A DNA stretch of 63,428 nt, the filler included. It is 6 parts of 6 records of this genome, joined end to end, with 100 filler letters (N's around TTAATTAATTAA, not from the genome) between each part and the next. Parts side by side here need not be neighbours in the genome. Positions count along the whole stretch, not along the records: positions 11,027 to 23,642 come from SRR20825019_1737; positions 23,743 to 36,611 come from SRR20825019_1741; 4 more parts are not named here. One strand, given 5' to 3'. Shown piece after piece: positions 19,815 through 31,496 of the stretch. The notes below the pieces were generated by a model that was given only the letters and a program-made list of their open reading frames with translations, made no database searches and had not been told where the DNA came from. Each line of letters starts with the position of its first letter. The stretch's first letter is position 1. Both the position numbers and the translations under genes were made by a program.

Positions 19815-22383
19815 ATGGGAGGCACACAGAGTGCAGAGCCTGTCTCGACCGAGAAAGGCTACCGGGTTTTGAACGTGCAACCCAACTCGCCTGCAGAAGG
19901 TGCCCGCCTTAAGCCCTTCTTTGACTTTATTTTGAATGCCAACGGAGTTGCTTTGGTACACCCATCACTTTTCCTTCCTGGCGATTGCTGACAGTGTTGC
20001 ACAGGACCATGAGGATTCCACGTTTGTTGATTTAATTAAGGCTCACGAGAACAAGGACCTAGTTTGTAATGTGTACAGCGCACAAACCAAGTCCTATCGC
20101 GAGGTTGCTTTGAAACCTCGCGCAGGATGGGGCGGAGTAGGCCTGCTTGGGTGCATGATTAGGTTTGACACCGTGACGAACGTTGACGACAATGTTTGGC
20201 ATGTGGTGGTAGGCTCTTCTTTGATTTTATATCTCATTTTGCTCATCGTGGTCTTAGGACGTATATCCTAATTCCCCAGCATCGGTGGCCGGCCTAGAGG
20301 CAGAGAGTGACTATATTGTGGGTACTTCAACAGTACTCTTCAAGTCTGAGGAAGATTTGCAATCAACTGTAGTGGCAAATATGGGGAAAAAGGTGTATTT
20401 GCTTGTGTACAGCACGCGGTTGGATTCCCTGCGAGAGGTCCCTATTATTCCTAACTCTGACTGGGGAGGAGTCGGAAGGTGATGGTTTGTGTGTTTGGAA
20501 TGCATGTCTTGTTGACATGAACCTTACCGTAGTCTTGGGTGTGAGCTTGGCCACGGCTTGCTGCATAGAATACCCACTAGAACAGTGCCTGCTTCTTTGA
20601 GAGGCCCAGCCCCCGCGCACTCGCAGTCACTCCCGTCCAAGCAAGCTGAGCAACCCCATAGTGTTACAGCCGTGGGCAGCCAGCCAGCAGATGCCGCAGT
20701 CAGGACCGCGCCTGCCGCGCCTGCCGCGGTAGATGAGCCTAAGGCAACAACCGAAGCGACCCCTGTCGTGTCTACTGTTGCAGTGGCTGAAGGGGCCGCT
20801 AAGGCCGTTGCGGCGTCGCAGCCTCCTCCTTCTGTAGTTTCTAATGTGGCCGACGAGAAAGATACACAGAAAGAGGCTCATGATGAAGATGACACTCCTC
20901 CGCCAGCTTCGTCAATTCCAAGCCCAATGGCAGGGAAGGTGTCCTCGAAGGAGGCCCCGAGTGAAGTTAGCAACCCCCCTGTGAAGGCCACTGACGAAGC
21001 CAAGCAAGAACCTCCTGCGAATGCAGAAGGGCAGGGTAGTGGGAGTAGTGGCGAGCTATCCTTGCCGGTTGTGGAGCTTCTGAGCCAGTCTGATCTTAAG
21101 GGAATGAGTGATGATGAAAAGGTGTGTTCAAAGCAGAATGAGTGATTGCATGCGGACTAAAGGAGTGGGCCGCCTCAGGTGCTTGCGGTTGGTACTGTGC
21201 TAAAGAAGCACAACAAGGATGTGGATGAAGATAGTACAAAGGTATGAAGAGTGCTTGATCCATGTATATTTTTGGACAATCCCAACCGGTAGCGCGCAGG
21301 CTGTGATGGAAAAGATCCAAGCCGGAACAGCTTGCCTTGCTGTTAAGGATGACGATCTAGTCCTTGCCTCGTTTAAATTGAATATTATTGTGGAGAAAGA
21401 AAGTGGGTGATTCATTAGTGTGGATGTGGTTTTTGGCATGGGAGCTAACTACCTCGAAGGCGATCCTGATGCATGGCTGCTCACACCGGGTCACTTCAAC
21501 GTGGGTGGTGGTGCGGAGGATTCATTCCATGTAGAGAATATGTATGTGAAGGGGAATATCCACAAGTCGGCAGAGATTCGGGACATTGTCAGGTAAATTG
21601 GTGCAACTTTGAATTTGACTTATCTAATTTAGATGAAAGGGGTGTGGGCTCGCAGCTGTTCCCGGGCGTGGACATAGAGCAAGTTGACATGGGAAAGTAC
21701 TTTGATGTGAGGAATGGTGGTCATTGTGCTGCATTTTGGTCCTAACAATGATCCAATAGTTTTCTTCAGCATGTGAGATTGAGATTTGTAGCACAAGCAC
21801 AGCCACAGTACCAACTACTTTAGATGTGGTGTATTATGCAAAAGCGGTACTGCGTGCTAGCACAATGGATGAGGTGCCGTTTGCAGCGAACGGGATGTGT
21901 GTTTTTAGCACCCAGGATAGTGACCGCTTGTACTCGTGGGCGTGGATGTCAAGCAAATTCGTAGGATGTACCGGAAAATGCCACATTACTATCCACACGG
22001 AAGCCCAGAAACATACTAACGAGATTGAGGTGAAACTCGAAAATATGACCCCGAAAGAGAAGGAAAATGGACAGTTGACGCTTTCCCCCACGAAATTCAA
22101 CGAGGAATACTCTGGTATTCTGAAGGCTCTTTTTCGAACTGCCCCAGCCATCAAGATCAAGGAACCTGGGTTCATTTCGCCTGTTAAGGCAGAAATGACT
22201 TTCGTTGGCTTCCCCCAAAAGTTGGCTCGCCGTCCAATGACGGTAGAGTTGGCTTTTGACCACCAGCACAAGGCATTTGCTAGTGAGACATTTGAGTTAA
22301 TTTTGAAAGCTGATGTGGTTGGTCGTGCGGAGATGACACTGGAATTGCGGAGTGGATCAGTATTTAATTTCTTGAAGAAGTAA
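19815..22383 (+). CDS. GRASP55/65-family Golgi reassembly stacking protein, probably with a C-terminal unknown domain (multi-exon)
   Basis: MG myristoylation start, GYRVLNVQPNSPA, PFFDFI, WGG.GLLG..IRF, WHV.DV.PNSPA..AGL...DYI.G, WGG.GSLGC..G.G.LHRIP. The GRASP part (to ~21120) is secure; the extension to 22383 rests on a hand-built splice model. Confidence 0.75.
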
Positions 22384-22409
22384 ATGATAATATCCATTGT
22401 TTATGGGCG

Positions 22410-23642
22410 TTACGATGCAGCCACCAACATGTCGAAGATATTGAAGCGGATGAGTACAGCTTTGATGTCTTTCTCTGTAAGCAGGGAATCGTATCCTCGT
22501 TTGAGATCTCTTGCTATGAATTTGTTGATACCCGTCCACTGTCATTCATACGGCGTTAGCAAGATGCGGCATTCGTACATCACGTTTTCGTACCTGGTCA
22601 GGGCGGAAAGAAACGTTCAAATGTGCTACCATTTGCTTTAAGCCATCTTCACGGTCCATGCCTTCGGCAGTTGAATACAGCTTCATGATTGTGGCAAGGC
22701 GCTCGTAAACCTCTACCTTCTCATCCTTCCACAAGGTGTATGCACCTTCAATCACATATCCTACATTAACATACCTGGCCCCGCGTTAGATGGGTTATTG
22801 CGCTAAGTCACAAGACTCACTGTTTTGGCCCTTCCTGGAATGACTTTCCTCTGAGCCAGTCCAGCATGCCATCTAAGTTGTCCCTGTTGTTTGACTTGCC
22901 AAAGACATTCTCCAGCGAAGTCTGAGCAAAGAAAAACTCCACCACATAGCCGAAGCCCGCTGGCTCCTTGTTAAGCTTGTTGTGTATGCCCCGTAAACTC
23001 GCTAGAACCACACTCATATCATCATCTCCTAGTGTATTCTTTGGGTCAACTCCCAGCCACTGAAACACATAACCTATCCAATGTCTCTTCTCCTTGTACT
23101 TGCACAAGGACCCATAGAACTCCATGAGGATCTTCTCCGCCTGCTGGCGAACGCCCTGGGCTTTCTTCATGGAGAACTCGATACCATACTCGAGATGGTT
23201 TCCGATGGGAACCCCACTTTCTACCCTGTCCATGTCCGATGTACATTTGCCGCATAGGAAATCGGTTAGCACCGTCGCAAATTTCGGAAGGGCCATGTCA
23301 GGGAGAGTGCGAACTAGAAAGAGGGTTACACGAATGACCAACATAACAATGCAAAAAACAACACTTACTCTTTGTAGTATCTTGATGATCCAAGAACTTA
23401 CGCCACGGAAGTGGCATAATGTTCCAAAACGAGATACCTGCTGCCTCTGCTTCAGCACCCACTTTCTCCCGAACGACGATTGGCTTTGCTGATAAGCTTG
23501 GAGTGGACCCCCGGTGTGCAAGGGAAGAACGCCCCCTAGTCTTTCTAGCCCTTGTTGGGCTCGTAAATTCTGACTCCGACTCCGACCCAGAGCTACTTTC
23601 CTCGCTTCCCTTGCTCTTCTTCTTCTTCTTCTTCTTCTTCTT
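22410..23642 (-). CDS. Hypothetical eukaryotic protein, multi-exon, 5' truncated (poly-Lys/Ser-rich N-terminal part)
   Basis: Coding-like ORFs 22817-23521 and 22546-22755 flanked by GT-AG signals; (AAG)n tract at the contig edge; no family recognised. Confidence 0.55.
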
Positions 23643-23742
23643 NNNNNNNNNNNNNNNNNNNNNNNNNNNNNNNNNNNNNNNNNNNNTTAATTAATTAANN
23701 NNNNNNNNNNNNNNNNNNNNNNNNNNNNNNNNNNNNNNNNNN
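23643..23742. other. Artificial contig-joining spacer
   Basis: 44 N + TTAATTAATTAA + 44 N. Confidence 0.98.
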
Positions 23743-24370
23743 GTTGTCCCGAAAGGTGCATATAGGGTCCGAAATGGAGCGTATCATGTCCATATCCTAG
23801 CAAGACACGACGAAAACAGCCCCAAACACCCGCCTCTTCTTTGTCTCAACACCTTGGAGCGACCAGCTATTTATCTTTATCTTGAGCTCATGCAAAAGCT
23901 CTCAGTATTCAGCTTTTGTGCAATTCGCTTCAGTTCATAGTGCCGTCCAGTTCACAGTTGCCGGCGCCCCGCGGCCCGGCCGGCGGCGACGGTGGGCCCC
24001 ATGCCGTCACGGAAGCGGCCGTCGTTGAGTGGCGGGCGGGGCCGGTCGGCGGCGCGGCGCCAGCTGCTCCCGGCGCGGCGAGTCGGCTTGAGCCCCGTCA
24101 GTCCCGGCTCCCGTCCGCTCCCACTGACTATCCAATCCCAATCGGTAATTAGTTCGGATACAAGTACATCTGGTTGTGCCAGGAGTTGGATTGGGAAGGA
24201 TAAGGGTCCAGTCACCCTGAAGTGATTTGGCCCAAACTAGGCGCGTGTAGTGGCCTTGGGTGGTGATAGTGATCTCATGGACGCTGTATGGAGTAATGGG
24301 TTCGACCAGGATACCGTGGAAAAGTAACTTGACACATGCTACTACAATATCCCCAGTGAAAAAAATATCG

Positions 24371-24531
24371 CCCTATGCAGGGGCATAAGAATAACGGGGC
24401 ATCGAAAAATCTTGAAAATTGGCACAGCCGCTGGAGTCGATGTATCCGTGCGATTTCTGCAATAAAAAAATTTTTTCGATCACGGGAAACTATCGAACCG
24501 GAAAAAGCCTATGCCCCTGGATAGGGGCATA
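24371..24531. repeat. Nested inverted repeats downstream of the transposase-like ORF
   Basis: CCCTATGCAGGGGCATAAG (24371-24389) is a 17/19 inverted match to CCTATGCCCCTGGATAGGG (24508-24526); hairpin TATGCCCCT-GGAT-AGGGGCATA with 9-bp arms (24510-24531); inner ATCGAAAAA/TTTTTCGAT pair. Confidence 0.7.
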
Positions 24532-24581
24532 AGCTTCCCATGCGGTACACGCTATGATTTGGACTTTATTTTATTTTCTCT

Positions 24582-27500
24582 TCAACGAAGGCTCCGCACA
24601 CTGGCCCGTGTCCGTTTGACGGCAGGCATAGGCATAGGCGCTGGTACCGCCACATTAGGATTGGTATTCTCGGTGTCCTCTTGACTACCATGGGCAGGTG
24701 GAGCCTCCGCCTCCTTTCTGGGGCGCCCACGCTTACGCTTCACTTGGCCATTCGTTGGCGCATCATTTTCCGTGCCACCGTGACGCACTATCCTCACCAC
24801 AGCATGCAACGTAGCAGCGTCGCAATGGTGCCACACCCACGTGCATGGTTTACTCGAGTCTATCCCGAGCTGCTGGAACTGAGAGCCTTGATATCTGCCC
24901 GGCATCGAGCACAGGGGAATGTAGGCTGCGGACCCCGACTCATCGCCAGTGCAACCATGACAACCATCAGCGGTTTTCTTGTCACACAAAATGCACCTCG
25001 GCCTAACATCCTTTTTCTCCGAAGGGGCTTGTAAATGGTGATGATTTCGGCAATAATGAGGAACTGAATTCATGCCAACACTTCCCAAGCGGATAGCAGT
25101 AAGTCTAGCATCCTTCATGAACGCATTCAACCTATTGCGCTTTGGCAAGTCCACTGAACCCATCTCCCTCAACTTCTCCGGGGATTCTCTGTGAACCTGC
25201 TCGCCTGCTACACCGGGTGCCTGTCTAGGTGGATAGTCATGCTTCATGTCGCACACTTGACCGATACAGTGCATGTTGTTCAACAAGAATCCCCTAAACC
25301 CTGCATTCCCGAAGGTTCTGTCTTTCATACGATCACGTAGAATAGTCAGGTTCTTTGCGTGAGGTCCGTCTAAGAGGCCTTCGTTCTTGAACAGTTTCTG
25401 CAGATGGAACACTTGCAGGCACCCTAGTAGAATCATACGGCCAACTATCACGACCTCGGCACTCTGGCGCTGAAGGTTGCTGTCAACGTGGGAGAGGTAT
25501 CTCGACGTGATATCTATGCCGCCCATAAGGAAGTTCCACGCAGCACACTGAATAGGCGCCACGTACTTGCTAGGAGGGCACGGCTCACCAGTCTTGAGAA
25601 TGGTAGACACCATTGCGTCGCGAAGTCGCAGGGAGCATAGCACACCATCGAGGTCAACTGCATGACCAAAGAACTCCTTCTTAGCAGGGCCCTGCAAGTC
25701 CTTCAACTCCTTAGGCGGCTCCGTGTCCCTTTCATACACAAAGGGGTATACCTCCGTAGCGAAGAGACTTTGCAAGGCATTGTACAGATCCCGCCACGCC
25801 TTGGTGAACTTGATGAGTACTATTCGTGACATTGCTTGTGGAAGGGCTACACAGTACAAGCACGAGTCTAAGCCCAGGATTGAACAATGGTGCAGGACTT
25901 GAACAAGTGAACACGGTGGTCACTCGGCACCAACTCCTTGAACTTGGCCACATTGTTCTTGTACTGGTCAGAATCCCTAACCCTGCAGTCGGTTCGTGAT
26001 CGAGCTAGAGTCCGACCCCAACGGCAGTGCCCCCATGCTCATTTATATGAATGGAACCTTGGCTTTGGTAGACTTACAATCCATGCTTGTCTTTTTTCTC
26101 TCAACGCATCCACCAACTGTCACGTCCCATTTGATGGATGGGTTCGAGTGCGCATTTCTTGAACATTCCGCAGCAAAACGACCAATATGACGCGTTTCAG
26201 CAGTTGTCCACTTGTTCGGATGTTCGTCGGGAACTCTCTTACCATACTTATCATTCTTGACCCAACCAGTAGTCTCACCTAGAAGGCCAGCGCAGCACCT
26301 AATAGCATGAACGCCAAAGAAAGCCGGCTCTCCCGCCAAAAGTTCACATTTATCTAGTGCACGCGGAGGATCGAGTCAATGAGCCTGCACAAGTAACAAA
26401 TGTGAGCATGACACGTACCCACTTTATCGCTTCTTGAAAACACTACGGTCTCCGTACATATCTCTTTCTTCTTCGTTACTCTCTCAAAAAATGAAAACTT
26501 GCGGGGTTTTTTATCGCCGAGTTTTTCTGATGCTGTCACGGTGCTGCACGCTCTCGCACGCTTCTCTTGCAAGATCTATAGAATTACCGTTAGCAGTGGA
26601 TCACGTACACAAGTTACCACGTACTGATGTTGACTCGCAACCGTTGAAGTGTATGGCTCGTAAGGACGTAGATCCAAGCGATCTCTTATCACTCTTGTTG
26701 CCTCCGATAAGCACATCATCAGGAAGAAAATTTTTCAGTTGCGTTCCATGAGAATACAAGAGAATATAGGATGCGTTCTTGAGGTAGCCAGATACCTTCT
26801 CAAATCCATGGCTATCGGCGCTACAGCTAACCAGCCTTACGTAATGGTTAATGTTAAAATTGGATGACCCTGGCATTAGACTTGGACTGCGAGCAGCCTC
26901 CTTTAAAACTTCAGGTGTCATAAAACAGTTCAAGCTATCTGATAGGTTTTGTTGTATGCCCGAGTGTGACTCCGGATGCGGTTGTGGCGCCAAGTTCATG
27001 CTGTTACACCATGAGTCTTTATCGGGGTTCTCCAAGTAGGCCTCCGCAGCCCTCGAAATAATCTCGGGGTCCTTAATATTGCAATTCCAGTCTCTAATCA
27101 GGTTAGACACTATCGAGAATCTGTCCTTGTACTCGCTTCCAGAAAAGAAGGGATGTCCTAAATACAAGATAACAACTGGAGGCGAAGGTCCATTGGCGCC
27201 CAGTGGCGCTTTATGAGGGGCAAGCACACTCTCCTTTGGGTTGTCCCTCTTCACAAGATAAAACATCCACTCAGCCCCTTTGAAAAATTCGTCTTCCATT
27301 GAGTTGACTTTATATCGACTGGTTCCTTCATCATGGCAAGTGGCGCCGTCATGATCAGCCATAGGGGGCAACGATACAACACACCAAGCTGTTTTCAAAT
27401 ATAAGGACTCATTCACTTCTTTATGTCAAAAAGGGCACCCTTGGGTCTAACAGGCTTTCGAGGAACAAACTTATTGAGTTCGTGGGCGGCTTGGTTACGG

Positions 27501-27750
27501 GCGTTGCAGCCGTACCGGGTGAAGGCGGGAGTTTAGTTATGGGCCACACGCCGGGCTCGATTGATGGAACCGTATTGCCCTTCTTTGTTGAGGGTTCCGG
27601 TCCGAAGCCGGATCCGAAACTAGGAATGAACCGTACGGTGCCGGTGCGCAAGTGAGAGAGGTCAGCCGTGGCGTGGCACTTCATCACCGACGCCTTACTG
27701 GTATCTTGTTGGTCGGGCCCGGAGCCGGGAACTCGAATGATGGGACACAC
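24582..27750 (-). pseudogene. Decayed DNA-transposon ORF: piggyBac-like GGxD motif and C-terminal Cys-rich domain, with a YqaJ-like segment
   Basis: WNFLMGGIDITSRYL, RCILC..KT..GC.GC...PLC...C..VWH, QVLHHCSILGLDSCLYCV; broken into five same-strand ORFs by stops and frameshifts. Confidence 0.6.
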
Positions 27751-28251
27751 GATGACATGAGTACTAAAAGTTCACTAATATTAGATATTTCACTATTTCG
27801 AAGGGTGTAAGGTGTTGCTACTTGCTGCCCAGCGTGGGACTGGGGCGGGCCGCGGCGCGCGGCGACCGGACGTCGACCAGCTCCGTGGAGTGCTGCACCG
27901 GTGGCGCCCGTGCTCAGAGCCTCCGCCCGCCACCGGCGCTCCGAGCCGGCAGCACCCTCCGGCTCGGTCGCCGCGAGTCAGGCGCGCGGCTCCGCCCCGC
28001 CCGGGCCGGCCACGCGCCGCGGCCCCCAGACGAAGCCCGCCGTCCTGGCTCCAAGCTGCGGGGCCTGCCCGGCTCGGCGGGCCAATCCGGCGGGTAGAAC
28101 GGTGGGCTCGCCAATAGTCTGCTTCCGCGACCGCCCAGCCACCTGGGAGAGAGCCAAGACTGACGTGCCGGGCACTGGGGCACCTGTAGGATGCACCAAC
28201 ATGGTCAGAATATATACGAGGGCCTGCAGTTATGGTCCACGGAGTAGAGGC

Positions 28252-29217
28252 ATGGCAAAAACCGGTGTGGTTATCGCCATTCTCCTTTTAGGAGTGCTAT
28301 ATGTGAAGGCTTCTGACGATGTGCGCCATGGCGCCGTGCGAGTCAGTGAACTTGCGAAGAGATTCGAGGGAGGACACGAGCCAGTAGAGGAGAGGAGCCC
28401 CGTGCAAGAGAGAATCCGTCAAATCGAGAAAAGAATCCGGGAAGAGAGCGATGACTCGGACGGACCCCCCCGGAAGGCTGCCAAGACTGAGGGCGGCAGT
28501 GTTGCAGATAGAGTGAAGGCATATGAGGCAGCCATTAACGACGAACAACCCAGTAAGTTTGAAAGAACAAAGGCTCTGTGGGAAGACAAGGCCAAGGAGT
28601 CTGCTGATGAGTCACGGACCCCAAGCACGGATGAGGTGACGAATTCAAAGGAGGGACCAGACTTTAGGCAGTACATGGGCCCGGACGTCGATATCGATGA
28701 CTCCTTCACTATTGAGGTACGTAAGTGGCATGTGCAGCTCTTGCCCGGCTGACAACAGGGACTCCAGGACGGACTCCAGGACAGACCCACCGTGCCAGAG
28801 GACCAGGAGGCCCAGCCGCCCTCTAGCTATTCGGATGATGCCAATGCTGCGTTGAACATCGAAAATGGATTCGCCCCCAACAGTGGAAAGTTGCAAGAGG
28901 TGCGCCGTCTGGGTAGAGTATTGCCAATGCGAAAGTTTCGTAGCTACAGAGATGTGGCGGAGCTCGTTGCGCCTAAAAGGCCGATGCCTCGTGATGAATC
29001 GAATGACAAGGATGAATCCGAGGGGCCTGTCGATAAGCGTAGCGTTGGGAAGGCCGAGGTTGTTGGCTCCGAGAAGGCGGATGTCAAGGACAGCCCAGAC
29101 ATGGCGGAGGCTCCGGCCTACTTCCGTGGGCAGGTGGTGGATATGGCGGAACACCCCCGTGTACACAGCGATCACGACGATGACGAGTTGAGGTTCACCC
29201 CTCTTCCCGAATACTAA
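28252..29217 (+). CDS. Hypothetical acidic low-complexity protein with predicted signal peptide, 2 exons
   Basis: MAKTGVVIAILLLGVLYVKA|S; intron GTACGT...CTGACAACAG near 28717-28758 joins the two ORFs in frame. Confidence 0.6.
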
Positions 29218-29230
29218 AGTACTGCTATCT

Positions 29231-31496
29231 TTAGTGTAACTCGCGAATGTAGGCAGCGATCTTGGCCCGTTTGTGGTCAGTCAGTGACATGGGCACATGG
29301 CGGGGCCACTCCCTTTTTTCTTTGATATATACTTCCTCCGTGATCAAGTTCACTCGCCCGAGATACTGGTCCTGCAGCATGACATCAGTAGGGACCACAT
29401 AACCCGCACAACTGGCTCGCCCAGGCCCCGCCCAGGCACTGCTCACTAACCTTGGTCAGGTTTTTTAGTTTCATCTCTGCTTTCACCAACTGAAAGATTT
29501 CCTTCTTGAAAGAATGTTTGTCTAGTTTGAGCTCTGACCTCTTCCCGCCGGCAGGACACGCCTCGTCCCGACTTTTCTTCTCTTCACTGGCACTCCTTCT
29601 CTCAACCCCTTCCATGCACTCCCTTTGAGCGCGCTCCCTCGCCGCGGTCATGACATCCATGTATGACTTGCGGCGAGGAGGAGACGGCGGGTTGCTGGGC
29701 TGTTGCTGCCAGTCGCCACTCTCCCCAAGAATATATCCTACAAGATCCACCCCGGCGGGCCGCGGCCTTTTTTCCTTCTTCTTGTCAACTTTGTTGTTTG
29801 AAGGTGGATCCCTTTCGGTAACGGATGTGATGCTTGGCGTCGCGCTCATTTCAGCGCCTCTCTGTCGAGTCCGAGCGGATAGCCGTTGTTCTTCTCCGTG
29901 TTCCTTCATGGCGGAGTGTTGTTGCTTCCAGATGACTTCTTCCTCGGATGGGATCCTATCCATCGCCTTCGCACCACCTAGCACGTGTCCCCTCCCTGGG
30001 AATGCCCGCGGCAAGGCCTGTCCATCTAAAGCTGCACGTTCATAGGAGTCAGTAACGCGGGGCCAATCATCACAGCCTATTAGTCTTTGGAGGTCCCCTT
30101 ACATGTCTCTCTCGGTGGGGGTGCGGCCCGCGCACCAGCCCGCCGATGGCGCACCCCAGATCCCCATCCGCCGCTAACGTTGGAGGGCCGCTCCACTGAT
30201 GCGCGGCCGAGTAAGGTGCTTTGGTCCATCGCCATTACTACCTCGTCACGATATGATCGCAGCTCGTGGCGCTCCCGGGAGATGTCCCCCCCCCACTTCA
30301 GGCGATGTGCCAGCCGCTGCCTTACAGTGGACAACGTTCTGTTCGCAAAGGTCAACTTTTGTGCCGGATTAAGTAGTGCATGGCCCTTACGCCTGTCCGC
30401 GCACCGTGCGGGCCCGGGGTCGTCCTTTCTGCCGCCTGCCTCGCCGACTGCCCGCCGTTCGCGATGTGGCCCTAGGCACGCGTGTACTCGTAAACATCAA
30501 TGCTGGTACCAGGTTACGGATGCGTATAGGCTTACCGCCGCAAGTTCTCGGTTTCCCACCGTTGAACATTCGCTATTCTATTACTATCCTGCTCCCCGAG
30601 GTTGGGCGCAGGATTCGGCGGAAAGAGGGCGGCGGCGTGCCCGGCGTGGATCAAGAGCTGTGCGAGGGTGGTGTTTTCATCTTCGTCGTTACTACTGCCG
30701 TGGCTCTCACTTGAAGCGGAACCTCCAAGAATCATGGACACCCCCGGGGTGTGTGCCTCCTGGGTGCTGGGGTGCTGTCCTTCAGTTTCTCTCGTCCTCG
30801 CATGACCAGCTTCGCACGGAGGGCAGTACCACGGCTTGTCCCAGTCCATGGTGTCGTAATGGAGGGGCGGGGTAAGGCATCGCATATGGTAGGCTGAATC
30901 GCACGAGTCGCACAGCAGGAGCTCGTGGGGGCGATTCGACTGGGCACACACCGTACAGCCCGCACTGCTCTCATCACCACTGTCTGCGGCCAAAGTCAGA
31001 CTCTACGGCAACCCCTCTTGACAAGGCCCCTCAGCATACCATCATCCCCCCTCTGGGCCCGGGCCTCCACTGGGATTGCCTCAGCGTCCGCACCGTCTCG
31101 TTCGACTTGGAGTTGCTTAATCGTGCTTCGGCACTGTGGGCAGGTGCTGTCTACCTGCCGGGGCGCATGGCCTCAGCTTAACCATACACTGACACACCGC
31201 ACTCGCCCACGTACCTCAATCCAACTCCTGATGCAGACAAGACAGAACACGTGCGCGCACCTGTCAAGCTTCCCCAGTGCCGTCCCAGACATGTCTTCCA
31301 GGCATATGGCACACTCGGCACGGGGCGTTTTGGAGGGACGTTCAGGACAGTCTGAGGGGGATCGTAGTCGTTTCCGTGACGCGGGCGATAGTAGACACTC
31401 CTCGTTCGAAGTGCCCGCCGCTACCACCCCACAGTTGTCATCCATACTATCGCGCAAGGCACTCACTGGCCGCGACACGCCTTCTTGCCTTGCCAC
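29231..31496 (-). CDS. RING + PHD finger protein with a possible C-terminal SRI-like domain (PHRF1-like), multi-exon
   Basis: RING CAIC...CAHVFCLVC...|TCPQCR; PHD CTVC....LLLCDSCDSAYHMRCL.PPL; C-terminal LT...RAKIAAYI; start uncertain. Confidence 0.75.

Noticed and set aside
25860..27750. Alternative genetic code explaining in-frame stops in the transposon ORF
   Set aside because: Frameshifts are also needed, different stop types occur, and neighbouring genes use TAA/TAG/TGA as normal stops
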